Notes: generated from the sequence alone by a model not told the origin. A stretch of 64,000 nt of DNA from Planctomycetota bacterium (GCA_965223845.1 CBDCXR010000004.1:672001-736000), one strand, 5' to 3'. Positions 29,225-40,070 are shown, counted from the stretch's first letter. Numbers and translations: made by a program.

Positions 29225-29653
29225 TGGCCTCTCCTCCAGGGCAGAGAGCTTCGGGGCCGAGGGAGCTCGGGACGCGCGGGAAGCGCGGGGGGCGGGACGG
29301 GCCGCCGTGGTCGGCTAACGAGACCGAACCTACGAGCTCGAATTGTGAACAAAGACGGGGACCGGTCGGGCGCTGTTTGACTCGGGGAGCGTTTCCGGAC
29401 CAGTCGGACTCCGACCGCGTCGCGACCGCGAGCACCGCGGTATTCGCCCGCGGCGACCCTAACGACACCCAGAGAGCGCTCCGAGCGGAGGGTGCACGAG
29501 GCGGCGCTCCGAGGAAAAGCGGAGCTCCAGCTCGAGCGCCGATCGACCGATGCGAGACCCAACGGATGCCGGAGTCGAGACGTAACCCGTGGCGGGTACG
29601 ATGGTCCGAGTCTCGACCATTTTACTTCCGGCCCTAGGGAGGGGAAGGGCAAA

Positions 29654-30694
29654 TCAGCTGCGCGAGGGGCCGCCCGGCATGTCGACGCCGCTCCCGAGCG
29701 GCGACTCGGCGAGCGATTCCTCGATCGATTCGCTGAATCGGCCCATGGCTTTCAGCTTCTCGTACCGGCTCGCGGCCAGCTCGCTCCCGGACATCGCGGC
29801 CAGGACATCGATATGCCGGAGGACGCTCTCCTTCACCGCCCGCGCGGCGGCGCCGTGGTCTCGGTGCGCCCCGCCGAGCGGCTCGGGGATCACCTCGTCG
29901 CAGATCTCGAATCGCTCGAGATCCTGCGCGGTGAGCTTGAGGATCTCCGAGGCCTTCTCCTTGTAATCCGCGCTCTTCCACAGAATCGCGGCGCAGCCTT
30001 CCGGGCTGATCACCGAGTAGTACGAGTGTTCGAGCATGAGGATGCGGTCCGCGACCCCGATCCCGAGTGCCCCGCCGCTGCCCCCTTCGCCGATGACGAC
30101 GGAGATCACCGGTACGCGAAGCGCCGCCATCGCCATCAAGTTCTCCGCGATGACGAACGCCTGGCCGCGCTCTTCAGCGCCGACACCGGGATAGGCGCCC
30201 GGCGTGTTGATGAACGTGAGAATGGGTACCCCGAACTTCTCGGCGAGACGCATCTTGTGGCGTGCCTTGCGGTACCCCTCCGGGTGGGGGCAGCCGAAGT
30301 TGCACGCCATTTTCTCGGCGGTGTCTTTTCCCTTTCTCTGCCCGATCACGCAGATCCGCCGGCCGTCGATGCGCCCGAAGCCCGTCACGATCGCCGGATC
30401 GTCGCGAAACCCGCGGTCTCCGTAGAGCTCGACGAAATCGTCCACGATGAGCTGGATGTAGTCGCTCGTCAGCGGTCGTTTCGGGTGGCGGGCCGTGAGC
30501 ACCTTCTGCCACGGGGTGAGCTTCGAGAAAATCGCGCGTTTGCGCTCGTCGCAGCGCTCGACGAGCTGCGTGATTTGATCGGAGAGGTCGACTTGGGTGC
30601 TCTGAGAGAAGTTCCGGAGCTCCTCGATCTTCCGCTCGAGCTCGAGGATCGGCGCCTCGAATTCGAGTCCCTCTCGATAATTCGCTCCGGCCAT
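29654..30694 (-). CDS. accA: acetyl-CoA carboxylase carboxyltransferase alpha subunit
   Basis: LEFEAPI, ARHPKRP, NFGCPHPEGYRKA, GEGGSGGALG, YSVISPEGCAAILW; GGAGG RBS. Confidence 0.96.
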   Translation of the reverse strand: MAGANYREGLEFEAPILELERKIEELRNFSQSTQVDLSDQITQLVERCDERKRAIFSKLTPWQKVLTARHPKRPLTSDYIQLIVDDFVELYGDRGFRDDPAIVTGFGRIDGRRICVIGQRKGKDTAEKMACNFGCPHPEGYRKARHKMRLAEKFGVPILTFINTPGAYPGVGAEERGQAFVIAENLMAMAALRVPVISVVIGEGGSGGALGIGVADRILMLEHSYYSVISPEGCAAILWKSADYKEKASEILKLTAQDLERFEICDEVIPEPLGGAHRDHGAAARAVKESVLRHIDVLAAMSGSELAASRYEKLKAMGRFSESIEESLAESPLGSGVDMPGGPSRS

Positions 30695-30993
30695 GTGATC
30701 TCCTCCGGCGCGCGCTCGTCCCGGCGGCGTTCGGTCGTCTCTCTCTCGCACGCGTTCCGCGGCCTGTCCGCGGTGCCCTCAGTAGAGCCCTCGCGCCCCC
30801 TCGGATGCAAGCGCTTCGCGACGGGGCGGCGTGCGGTATGAGCTCCCGTTATGTCGAGTGATGCGATTCGCATTGGTGTCGTCTCGGCTTCTCGGCATCA
30901 TCGCAGCCGCGTCGCCGGATCGCGTGAAGAGCCGGACCGGCTCGATCGCAGCGACCGTCTTCGAAACTCAGACGTGCGTGAGGCTCCCCGAAA

Positions 30994-33915
30994 ATGTCGC
31001 TCGATTACTGGGAAGTCGAGGTCCGCTGGAAAGATCCGACCCTCGACCCTCGCCGCGAGGATTGTCTCGCCCGCATCGCGGATCTCTCGCGCGGCGCGGA
31101 GGACTCGCTCCCTCCGGGTCTCGCCGACGTGGACATCGCGGACGTCTACTGCCTCCGCGGGGGCGATCTAGGGGAAGCCGACGTCGAGAAGATCTCGCGT
31201 GCGATCCTGGCCGATCCCGTGACGCAGACGATCTCGATTTCGCCGCCCGGTCGCGGGCGAGCGGGAGGATCGGGCTCGGCCATCGCGACGCGCCTTCAGA
31301 AGCCCGGCGTGATGGATCCCGTCGAGGCCTCCTTCCTCCAGGGCCTCCGCGATCTCGGGTACTCGGGCGTCGAGGTGCGAACGGGAGAACGCCACCGCTT
31401 CGCCGGCGCGCTCACGTCCGATCACCGCTCGCTCGTCGCCGAAAAGGTTCTCGCAAATCCGGTGATCGAGGACGTGTTTTGGGACGGCGACGGCGCGCCG
31501 ACTCCGTTTCGGACCGCGGCACCGTACGAGTTTCGTTACGGCGAGGTTCGTCTCGAAGGGAAGACGGACGAAGAGCTCGAGGCGCTGTCGCGCGATCTCG
31601 GGCTCTCGCTGAGCCGCCGTGAGATGATCGCGATCCGCGATCACTACCGGGGCGCGGGTCGGGCTCCCTCCGACGCCGAGCTCGAGACGATTGCTCAGAC
31701 GTGGAGCGAGCACTGCTGCCACAAGACCCTCACCGGGCGCATCGAGCACGTCTCCGACGCGTTTCCCGATGGCGTGACGTTCGAGAATCTCCTCAAGGAG
31801 ACGATCGTCAAGGCGACCGAGACGATCGACGCACCGTGGTGTCTCTCGGTGTTCAAGGACAACGCCGGCGTGATCGCGTTCGATGACGAGTACGGGATCT
31901 CGTTCAAGGTCGAGACGCACAACCACCCTTCGGCGATCGAGCCTTACGGCGGCGCCGGTACGGGGATCGGAGGTGTCCTCCGCGATACCCTCGGAACGGG
32001 CCTCGGCGCGAAGCCGATCGTGAGTACCGACGTTTTCTGCTTCGGCCCGCCAGATCTTTCGTACCGCGAGGTCCCGCCGGGAGCGCTCCATCCGCTCCGC
32101 GTTCTCCGAGGCGTCGTCGGCGGCGTACGCGACTACGGCAATCGGATGGGAATCCCCACGGCGAGCGGCGCGGTCTATTTCGACGAGCGTTACGTCGGAA
32201 ATCCGCTCGTCTTCTGCGGGAGCGTCGGCTGGATTCCGCGCGACGCGATCGAGAAGGAGGTTCGCCCCGGCGATCGCATCTACGTGCTCGGCGGACGAAC
32301 GGGGCGGGATGGCATACACGGAGCGACGTTCTCTTCGGTCGAGCTCTCCGAGGAATCGGAGACCGTCTCGAGTGGCGCCGTGCAGATCGGCAACGCGATC
32401 ACGGAGAAGAAGGTACTCGACGTCCTCCTCGAGGCGCGTGACCGCCGTCTCTTTCGCTCGGTGACCGACTGCGGCGCCGGGGGACTCTCTAGTGCAGTCG
32501 GCGAGATGGGAGAGCTCACCGGCGCGCGCGTCGAGCTCGAGCGCGTCCCTCTCAAGTACGAGGGGCTCAGCTACTGGGAGATCTGGATCTCGGAAGCCCA
32601 GGAGCGCATGGTCTTCGCCGTGCCGCCGGAGAACGCCGCGGCGCTCCGCGAGCTCTGCGCGAGCGAAGACGTCGAATGCACTGATATCGGCGAGTTTACG
32701 TCGGATCGTCGACTCGTCCTCGAGTACGCGGGCGAGCGCGTCTGCGATCTCGATATGGCGTTCCTCCACGATGGGAGACCCGGATGGGCGCGGAAGTCGG
32801 TCTATCGACCGGAGCGGGCAGCGGCGCGGTGGACGCCTCCCGCCGATCTCGGCGCCGCGCTCCGCGAGGTTCTCGCGTCGCCGAACGTGGCCTCGAAGGA
32901 GTGGATCATCCGTCAGTACGATCACGAGGTCCAAGCCGGCAGCGTCGTGAAGCCGCTCGTCGGTGTCGACGAAGACGGGCCGGGCGACGGAGTCGTCTTC
33001 ACCCCGCGCCTCGGCGAGACGCGCGGGATTGCGATCGGCTGCGGCATGAATCCCTGCTACGGCGACCTCGACGCGTACCGGATGGCGCTGAGCGCGATCG
33101 ACGAGGCGATTAGGAATGTCGTCTCGGTCGGCGGCAATCCGCGACGGATCGCCCTCCTCGACAACTACTGTTGGGGGAACACGGATCGTCCGGAGACGCT
33201 CGGCTCGCTCGTCGAGGCGTCGCGGGGGTGCCTCGACGCCGCGGTGGCGTTCGGCACTCCGTTCATCTCGGGGAAGGACAGTCTCAACAACGAGTTTCGC
33301 GTCGGGGACGAGTCGATCTCGATTCCGCCGACGCTCCTCATTTCGTCGCTCGCGATCGTCGAGGACGCGCGGCGGTCGGTAACGATGGATCTCAAGAGCG
33401 CGGGGAACGCGCTCGTGCTCGTCGGAATCACTCGCGCGGAGCTCGGCGGGAGCCACCTCGTTCGCTGTCTGGGAGGCTCGGGCGGCGAGGTCCCCGACGT
33501 CGACCTCGAGACCGCTCCGCGTGTCCACGCTAGCGTCCACGCGGCGATCGAAGCTGGACTCGTACTCAGTTGCCACGATCTCTCCGAAGGCGGGCTCGCG
33601 GTAGCGGCCGCCGAAATGGCGTTCGCGGGCGACATCGGCGCGCGACTCGACCTCACCGCCGTTCCTTGCGCAGGCGCAGACGGTCTCGACGCGCCGACAC
33701 TCCTCTTCAGCGAGTCGAACTCGCGTTATCTCATCGAAGTTCGCTCCGGCGACGTCGCTGCGCTCCGCGAGGTCTTCGCGGGGCTTCCCTTTGCGGTCGT
33801 GGGCGAGACGGTCGCTGAGCCGAACTTTACGGTCGTCGGCGACAGCGGCGAGGAGATCGTCCGCGAAACCCTCGCGCAGCTGAAGTCGGACTGGCAGGGA
33901 ACGCTCGACTTCTGA
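30994..33915 (+). CDS. purL: phosphoribosylformylglycinamidine synthase subunit PurL with N-terminal PurS-like extension
   Basis: QTWSEHCCHK, KVETHNHPS, TGRDGIHGA, SEAQERM, QYDHEV, ISGKDS, HDLSEGG. Confidence 0.95.
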   Translation: MSLDYWEVEVRWKDPTLDPRREDCLARIADLSRGAEDSLPPGLADVDIADVYCLRGGDLGEADVEKISRAILADPVTQTISISPPGRGRAGGSGSAIATRLQKPGVMDPVEASFLQGLRDLGYSGVEVRTGERHRFAGALTSDHRSLVAEKVLANPVIEDVFWDGDGAPTPFRTAAPYEFRYGEVRLEGKTDEELEALSRDLGLSLSRREMIAIRDHYRGAGRAPSDAELETIAQTWSEHCCHKTLTGRIEHVSDAFPDGVTFENLLKETIVKATETIDAPWCLSVFKDNAGVIAFDDEYGISFKVETHNHPSAIEPYGGAGTGIGGVLRDTLGTGLGAKPIVSTDVFCFGPPDLSYREVPPGALHPLRVLRGVVGGVRDYGNRMGIPTASGAVYFDERYVGNPLVFCGSVGWIPRDAIEKEVRPGDRIYVLGGRTGRDGIHGATFSSVELSEESETVSSGAVQIGNAITEKKVLDVLLEARDRRLFRSVTDCGAGGLSSAVGEMGELTGARVELERVPLKYEGLSYWEIWISEAQERMVFAVPPENAAALRELCASEDVECTDIGEFTSDRRLVLEYAGERVCDLDMAFLHDGRPGWARKSVYRPERAAARWTPPADLGAALREVLASPNVASKEWIIRQYDHEVQAGSVVKPLVGVDEDGPGDGVVFTPRLGETRGIAIGCGMNPCYGDLDAYRMALSAIDEAIRNVVSVGGNPRRIALLDNYCWGNTDRPETLGSLVEASRGCLDAAVAFGTPFISGKDSLNNEFRVGDESISIPPTLLISSLAIVEDARRSVTMDLKSAGNALVLVGITRAELGGSHLVRCLGGSGGEVPDVDLETAPRVHASVHAAIEAGLVLSCHDLSEGGLAVAAAEMAFAGDIGARLDLTAVPCAGADGLDAPTLLFSESNSRYLIEVRSGDVAALREVFAGLPFAVVGETVAEPNFTVVGDSGEEIVRETLAQLKSDWQGTLDF

Positions 33916-33944
33916 CCCGGCTCTGAATTCGGATACGAATCGTC

Positions 33945-34793
33945 ATGACTCGAGTTTTGGTACTCCGCGCGGCGGGAACGAATTGCGACGTCGAGACGGC
34001 GTACGCCTTTCGGCTCGCCGGCGCAACGACCGAGATCCTCCACGCCGGCGCGCTCCTCCGCGGAGAGCGCGGACTCAGCGAGTTCGATGCGCTCGCGATC
34101 GCCGGCGGCTTTTCCTACGGAGACGACCTCGGCGCGGGCGTCGTCCTCGCCAATCAGCTCCGCACGCGTCTCCGCGACGACCTCGCCGAGTTCGTCGCGG
34201 CGGGGAAGCTCGTCATCGGGATCTGCAACGGCTTCCAGGTGCTCGTTCGTCTCGGCCTCCTCCCCGGCTGGGACGACGAGGAACGCAGCGTGTCGCTCGT
34301 CGTCAACGCCTCGGGGAAGTACGAGGATCGTTGGGTGCGGCTGCGCACGGAAGGCGAAGGCTGTCCGTTCCTCTCGAGCGCTGAGCTGCCCGCACCGCCC
34401 GTCTTGCGGCTCCCGGTCGCGCACAAGGAGGGTCGCTTCGCCGTTCGCGATGCGGCCGTACTCGAACGCCTTCGGGCGGGCGGACAGATCGCGCTCGTCT
34501 ACTGCGACGAGTCCGGCGAGCCGACCGATCTGTATCCCGCGAACCCGAACGGCTCCGCGAGTGCGATCGCCGGGATCACGAATCCCGCCGGGAATGTGTT
34601 CGGGTTGATGCCCCATCCGGAGAGGTTCCTCCGGTTCTTGAATGACCCGCAGTGGACGCGCCGAGCCTTCGCGCGAGGCGGCGTGCCGGATGACGAGGCG
34701 CGCGCCGGCGACGGCTACCCCCTGTTCGCGCGGGCGGTCGCGCACTGCGCGAAGCATAAAAACACGCGCGCAAGCGCCGATAATGTCTTGTGA
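33945..34793 (+). CDS. purQ: phosphoribosylformylglycinamidine synthase glutaminase subunit
   Basis: GTNCD, GGFSYGD, GICNGFQ, NPNGS, GLMPHPER. Confidence 0.95.
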   Translation: MTRVLVLRAAGTNCDVETAYAFRLAGATTEILHAGALLRGERGLSEFDALAIAGGFSYGDDLGAGVVLANQLRTRLRDDLAEFVAAGKLVIGICNGFQVLVRLGLLPGWDDEERSVSLVVNASGKYEDRWVRLRTEGEGCPFLSSAELPAPPVLRLPVAHKEGRFAVRDAAVLERLRAGGQIALVYCDESGEPTDLYPANPNGSASAIAGITNPAGNVFGLMPHPERFLRFLNDPQWTRRAFARGGVPDDEARAGDGYPLFARAVAHCAKHKNTRASADNVL

Positions 34794-34949
34794 TTCCCGG
34801 GCCCCGGAGCATATTGAGTGCTTGGCCGTACGGCGGGGCGAGCGTGGTCAACGGGACGCGCAGAGATCGGTAGCAGGAACGGACTTAGGCAAAGACAGCG
34901 CGCTGGGGAGCCGCGGCGCCGGAGTGGAGAGATCGCAGGAGGGAAGAGG

Positions 34950-37820
34950 ATGCTGGGACGGACGAGCAGAGTGATCCGGAGGCCGGCGGCGCGGGCGGGA
35001 AGACGATCCGCGTGGACGGTGCGTCGTCGGCGAGTCGAGGCGGGGTTTCTCGTTCTGGTCGGCGCGCTCCTTCTCTCCGTCGGCTGCGAGCAGTTTCAGC
35101 GGCGAGGTGACGACGACATCGTCCGAGCGGCTCGATTGGCCCCGGGAGCATCTCTCTCGATCGTTCGATCCGAGCTCGGCGCGCCGGTTCGGCGAATCGT
35201 GACCTCGGATCCGACCGTTCCCGTGCGCGTGGACATCGATCCGGACCTCCTCCAGATGGTCGATGTCGATCGCTTCGTCGTTTGGAAGCGCGCGTCGATG
35301 TCGTCGCCGTGGGAGCGCGTTCGCGAGATCGCCCCCGGCGCGTTCCCCGCGAAGGTCGAGTTTGGGACCGGAACGACGGGTCTCTCGGCGTCCGCCATTC
35401 TCTCGGCCGGGGGCGAGATCTTGATTCCGAAGCCCGACGACGATCCCGCGGTGTGGCTCGTCGTCGACGGCGAGCCGCCGACGCTTCTGTGGGTGAGCCC
35501 TGCGCCGGGAGCCCCGGTGCGTCGCGATCGAAACGGTCGCGTCGAGCTCGAGTGGCGCGTCACCGAGGCTCAGATCGGCGAGGCCGGATACCGACTCGAG
35601 TGGCGGCCGGACGCGACGTCCGCCTGGTCGCCCATCGATGAAGTCCCGCCGCGCGCGGGCCGCCAGGTGTACCGGTGGCGCCTTCCTCCGGGGATTCCGA
35701 GCGAGTTCGAGGTTCGCTTGAGCGCGACCGATCTCGCCGGACACTCGAGCGCCGTGACGGTCGAGATGCGGATGGGGCCCGGGACCATGGTCACGGCGCG
35801 GACCATCGGGCCTCCGGTTGCGCAGCTCGGCTCCGGCGTCGCGACGGACGGCAGCGCCGGGCTCGCTCGCACCGCGGGCGGACCGGGGGGAGAACTCTCC
35901 GCGGGCGTCGGGCGCGAGCCGGCCGACGCCGGTTCGCGACTCACCGTGAGTCCGATCGGACGTCCGATCGTCGCCGGCGGACAAGAGCTCGACGTGCGCT
36001 GGGAGTTCGAGTCGACGCTCGACGCAACCGCCGAAGCGACGATCGAGTGGAGTCGGGACGGCGGGGAGAACTGGGCCGTAGCGGGAACCGGGACACTCAG
36101 TGAAAAGAGCTTCCAGTGGGACGTTCCGTGCGAGGACGCCTCGGTCGTCCTTCTTCGTCTGCGCCTCTCCGGCGCGAATGGCGACGACGGTTTCGCCGCC
36201 GAGCTCGGAGAGTCGTTCGCCATCGACTGCACGCCTCCGAGCGTCCAGGTTGAAGGCGAGCTCGGGACGCTCGGCGGACAGTCGGTCATCGACCTCACGG
36301 CCGAGGACGGGAGCGGCTCGGGCCTCGAGGGCGTCACGGTGTGGCTTCGCTTCGACGAGACGGCGGCTTGGCGGAGCCTCGATCCCGCGAACGCGCAGAT
36401 CGAGTTCCAGGAAAGCGCCCGCGCCCGACTCACGCTCGATCTCCGTTCGATTCCGGAAGCGACGTACTTCATCTACCTTCAGGGCGTCGATGGCGTCGGC
36501 AATCACGCCGCGTTCCCCGGCCCGGAGACTCCGGCGATGGGGACGTTCGCTCTCGATCGCACCGCGCCGGATCTCGAGGCGCGACCGAGCCCGATCCCTC
36601 TCATCGCGGGAATCGAGTCCCACATCGGGTTGACGGCGGACTGGGAGGACATCGCCCCGCCGGTGATCCTCGAGGGTCGCGTCGGGGGCAGCGGGTGGAC
36701 CGAGATCGCACGCTGGACCTCCCTTCCCGCGCCGGACGCGCGGTACACGTGGACGGTACCGGCGGCGAGCGGCGAGCTCGCGCTGCGGGTCGTCGCGAAG
36801 GACGCGGTGGGGAACGCGACGACGAAGACTCTGCCCTCGGCTCAGATCGGCTCCGCGATTCAGCTCGTCGGTTTCGACGCGGCGACCGAGATCCGGGGGG
36901 GGAGCGCGCAGCCGGTCGCTTGGCGCGTCGACCCGCAGGTCCTCGGCTCGGCGGCCGAGCTTCGCATACGCGTCGATTTCCGCGCCGGCGTGGGGGCGCC
37001 GTGGGTGCCGGTCTGCGAGGATCAGGAGATCGCATCGCAGTGTCTCTGGGACGTGCCAGCCGACGGTGGGGACGAGTTCTCTCTCCGCGTCCGACTCCTT
37101 CGCGGTTCCGCGACCATTTCCGAAGCGATCGCGGGACCGATCAAGGTCCGAGCGGCGGCGTCCGCCAACGAGCCGGCGATCGCGGAGGAATCGCTGACCT
37201 TCTTTCACGCGGCTCGGAACGGCGTCGCGGAGTACCACGCGCTCCGGCGAGAGCTCGGGACCGGCGAGATCTCACCGACGGACCGCGATCGGCTCGATGA
37301 GCTCGGTCAAAAAGCGCGGCTCAACTTCCAGCGAGCGATCGAGCTCGACGGAAACAACTACTACGCGCTCTACGCCTACGCGCAGTATCTGAATCGCCGC
37401 GGCGGCGAAGATCCTCGACTCGTCGAGCGCATGCTCCTCCGCACGCTCGACATCAAGAAGGATCACTACTGGGCGCTCAACGATCTCGGCGCGTTCTACA
37501 TCCGCGCGGAGCGCTACGCCGAAGCGGAGTCGATGCTCGAGCGCGCGCTCAAGGCGAAGCCCTCGGTCGAAGTTCACTACAACTTGGCCCTCGCACAGTT
37601 CTATCAGTCGAAGATGACTCTCGCGCGAGCGAACTTCGAGAAGGCGCTCGCGGGGGAAAACGCGAAGCGCGTGCCCGCCGGCGAGGTGTACTACTACGTC
37701 GTGCACTCGCACCTGCAAGAGGGGAACGCCGCGTCCGCTCGCGCCGTTTTCAACGAGCGGGAGAGCTTGATCCCCGAGCCGGAGCGGACGGAGCTGCGCC
37801 AGAGTCTCGAGCTCGACTGA
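34950..37820 (+). CDS. large lipoprotein with tandem Ig-like beta-sandwich repeats and C-terminal TPRs; start uncertain
   Basis: Lipobox LSVG-C. Repeated D.AG(N/H) and D.(T/E)(P/A)P Ig-like boundaries and W..P strands. TPR consensus near the C-terminus (ALNDLGAFY, HYNLALA). Confidence 0.72.
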   Translation: MLGRTSRVIRRPAARAGRRSAWTVRRRRVEAGFLVLVGALLLSVGCEQFQRRGDDDIVRAARLAPGASLSIVRSELGAPVRRIVTSDPTVPVRVDIDPDLLQMVDVDRFVVWKRASMSSPWERVREIAPGAFPAKVEFGTGTTGLSASAILSAGGEILIPKPDDDPAVWLVVDGEPPTLLWVSPAPGAPVRRDRNGRVELEWRVTEAQIGEAGYRLEWRPDATSAWSPIDEVPPRAGRQVYRWRLPPGIPSEFEVRLSATDLAGHSSAVTVEMRMGPGTMVTARTIGPPVAQLGSGVATDGSAGLARTAGGPGGELSAGVGREPADAGSRLTVSPIGRPIVAGGQELDVRWEFESTLDATAEATIEWSRDGGENWAVAGTGTLSEKSFQWDVPCEDASVVLLRLRLSGANGDDGFAAELGESFAIDCTPPSVQVEGELGTLGGQSVIDLTAEDGSGSGLEGVTVWLRFDETAAWRSLDPANAQIEFQESARARLTLDLRSIPEATYFIYLQGVDGVGNHAAFPGPETPAMGTFALDRTAPDLEARPSPIPLIAGIESHIGLTADWEDIAPPVILEGRVGGSGWTEIARWTSLPAPDARYTWTVPAASGELALRVVAKDAVGNATTKTLPSAQIGSAIQLVGFDAATEIRGGSAQPVAWRVDPQVLGSAAELRIRVDFRAGVGAPWVPVCEDQEIASQCLWDVPADGGDEFSLRVRLLRGSATISEAIAGPIKVRAAASANEPAIAEESLTFFHAARNGVAEYHALRRELGTGEISPTDRDRLDELGQKARLNFQRAIELDGNNYYALYAYAQYLNRRGGEDPRLVERMLLRTLDIKKDHYWALNDLGAFYIRAERYAEAESMLERALKAKPSVEVHYNLALAQFYQSKMTLARANFEKALAGENAKRVPAGEVYYYVVHSHLQEGNAASARAVFNERESLIPEPERTELRQSLELD

Positions 37821-37991
37821 AGCACGCGGTCGAGCGTTCGAGCTCCGTGGCGGAGGAGCGAGTGCCGGTGCGAGGACCGGTCTTGCTTCCCGTGTTGTCG
37901 CGCAGCCGAATCCGTCCGACCGGATGGTTCCGCGGCGAGCACCGTGAGGCAGCGACCGGTGCGACGCCGCGGGAGGTGGAGGAACGGCGGG

Positions 37992-39728
37992 ATGGTGGAA
38001 AAACGGTGGTCGATCCCGAGTCTCGATGAAGCCCATGTGGATCGACTGCGCGCCGAGCTCGGGTGTTCGCGCCTTCTCGCCCGGCTACTCGTCCATCGCG
38101 GACTGACGGCGGCCGACAGTGCCGAGCGTTTCCTTCGGCCAAAGCTGACGCAGCTCCACGATCCCTTTCTCCTCCCGAATCTCGAGCTCGCGGTCGAACG
38201 CGTGCTCACGGCGATCCGCGGTCGCGAGAAGATTGCGATCGTCGGCGACTACGATGTCGACGGCTTGAGTTCGACGGCGCTCCTTCACTCCTATTTCGCG
38301 CAGATTCGGTTCCCCGTCCTGACGCGGATTCCGAATCGCCTCACCGAAGGCTACGGCATCAAGCCGGCGGTGGTTTACGAGCTCGCCGAGCAGGGTGTCG
38401 AACTCATCATCACGGTCGACAACGGCGTGAGTGCGAACGAAGCCGTCGCTGCCGCTCGCGCACGCGGCGTCGACGTCGTCGTTCTCGATCATCATCAACC
38501 ACCGGCAGTTCTTCCCGAGGCGGTTGCGATCGTCGATCCGTGGCTTCCGGGCAGCGAGTACCCGTTTTCCGATCTGGCGGGCGTCGGTGTCACGTTCAAG
38601 TTCGTGTGGGCGCTCTGTCAGCGATGGACACGGCAGACGAAGCTCTCGGATGAGTACCGCCGGTTCCTTCTCGAGTCGCTCGGGCTTGTTGCGCTCGGGA
38701 CGATCTCCGATGTCGTGCCGCTCCTCGGCGAGAATCGAGTGCTCGCCAAGTTTGGCCTGCGCGCGCTCGAGGAAACGTCGTCGCCCGGACTGCGCTGCCT
38801 CGTCGACCGTGCGCTGCGTCCGGGGGAGTCGCGCCTCGATGGCGCGCACGTCGGCTTCCGCATCGGGCCCGTGCTCAACGCCGCCGGCCGGCTCGGCCGG
38901 GCGGAGGCGGCGCTCGAGCTCCTCATGACGGACGATGCGAGTCGCGCGGCCGAGTTGACCGCCGAGTTGGGGCGCGAGAACGACCGCCGCCGGCGCATCG
39001 AAAAGCGCATCGCCGAAGAGGTCCGCGACCGAGTGAGGGAGAGCGTCGATCTCTCTTGCGCACGCGCCATCGTTCTCGGTTCGGAGGATTGGCACCCCGG
39101 CGTCATCGGAATCGTCGCGTCGCGCGCGGTGGACGAGTTCCACCGACCGACGCTCATCGTGTCCCTCGACGGCGCTCGCGGTCGCGGATCGGGTCGCTCG
39201 ATTCCCGGGGTCGACCTCGCGCGCGCACTCGACCGCTGCTCCGACGTGCTCGCCGGCCACGGCGGCCACGAGATGGCCGCGGGATTCGAAGTGGACCGCA
39301 CGCGTCTCGACGAGCTCCGCACCCGTCTCGAAGCGGCGATCGAGCTCGACCCGCTCGCCATGGTCCCCACCGTCGAGGCCGACCAATGTGTCGCACTCGA
39401 CGAGCTCGATGCGGCGAGCGTGCGTGAGGTCGAGCTTCTCGAGCCGTTCGGCGCGCAGAACGCCGAGCCGGTGTTTCAGCTCGACGGACTCGAGGTCGTC
39501 GGAACGCCGCGGGTCATGGGATCGACCGGCGACCATCTCTCCTTTCACGTGCGACAGGGCGACGTCTCGACGCGAGCGGTGGCGTTCGGCATGGGCGATT
39601 GGCAGGGACGACTCAGTCCCCGCCAGAGTCGGGTTTCACTCCTCGCCGCGCCTCGCCTTTCCACCTGGAATCGAGACACGCAGCTCGAGCTTCACGTCCG
39701 CGACATCCGCATGGTCGGCTCCCCGTAG
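37992..39728 (+). CDS. recJ: single-stranded-DNA-specific exonuclease RecJ
   Basis: GDYDVDG, TVDNG, LDHH, GTISDVVPL, GGHEMAAG, LEPFG. Confidence 0.96.
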   Translation: MVEKRWSIPSLDEAHVDRLRAELGCSRLLARLLVHRGLTAADSAERFLRPKLTQLHDPFLLPNLELAVERVLTAIRGREKIAIVGDYDVDGLSSTALLHSYFAQIRFPVLTRIPNRLTEGYGIKPAVVYELAEQGVELIITVDNGVSANEAVAAARARGVDVVVLDHHQPPAVLPEAVAIVDPWLPGSEYPFSDLAGVGVTFKFVWALCQRWTRQTKLSDEYRRFLLESLGLVALGTISDVVPLLGENRVLAKFGLRALEETSSPGLRCLVDRALRPGESRLDGAHVGFRIGPVLNAAGRLGRAEAALELLMTDDASRAAELTAELGRENDRRRRIEKRIAEEVRDRVRESVDLSCARAIVLGSEDWHPGVIGIVASRAVDEFHRPTLIVSLDGARGRGSGRSIPGVDLARALDRCSDVLAGHGGHEMAAGFEVDRTRLDELRTRLEAAIELDPLAMVPTVEADQCVALDELDAASVREVELLEPFGAQNAEPVFQLDGLEVVGTPRVMGSTGDHLSFHVRQGDVSTRAVAFGMGDWQGRLSPRQSRVSLLAAPRLSTWNRDTQLELHVRDIRMVGSP

Positions 39729-39957
39729 CCGCGCATCTCGGACGTTCTTCCCGGCCGGGAGGCCGGACCGACCCCGCCCGCGCGCCGCGAGAACGAATCG
39801 TTCCGCACTCGCCTCGACGCGGTAGCGTCGGCAACTTCCGCGAACGACGGCCCCCCTCCCGGTAATCCGCGCGTGTTTTGCCGCATTGTCGGGGCCGGGG
39901 TATGTTTCTTTGCACTTTCCCCCAGGAGAGAGCGTGTGGGCGGGAGCGAGCGACGAA

Positions 39958-39988
39958 AAGTGTCACACTGACGATAAGTGTCGACACT
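39958..39988. promoter_or_regulatory. putative enhancer-binding-protein sites (two AGTGT..ACACT palindromes) upstream of the sigma54 promoter
   Basis: AGTGTCACACT (39959-39969) and AGTGTCGACACT (39977-39988), about 85-110 bp upstream of the -24 box. Confidence 0.55.
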
Positions 39989-40070
39989 CCCCGCGACGCG
40001 GGCTCCGTTTCGAACCTCGCACCAGTCGTAACCTTAGGCAGCGCCGCGTCAGTGGCATTCTGACCGTGCC

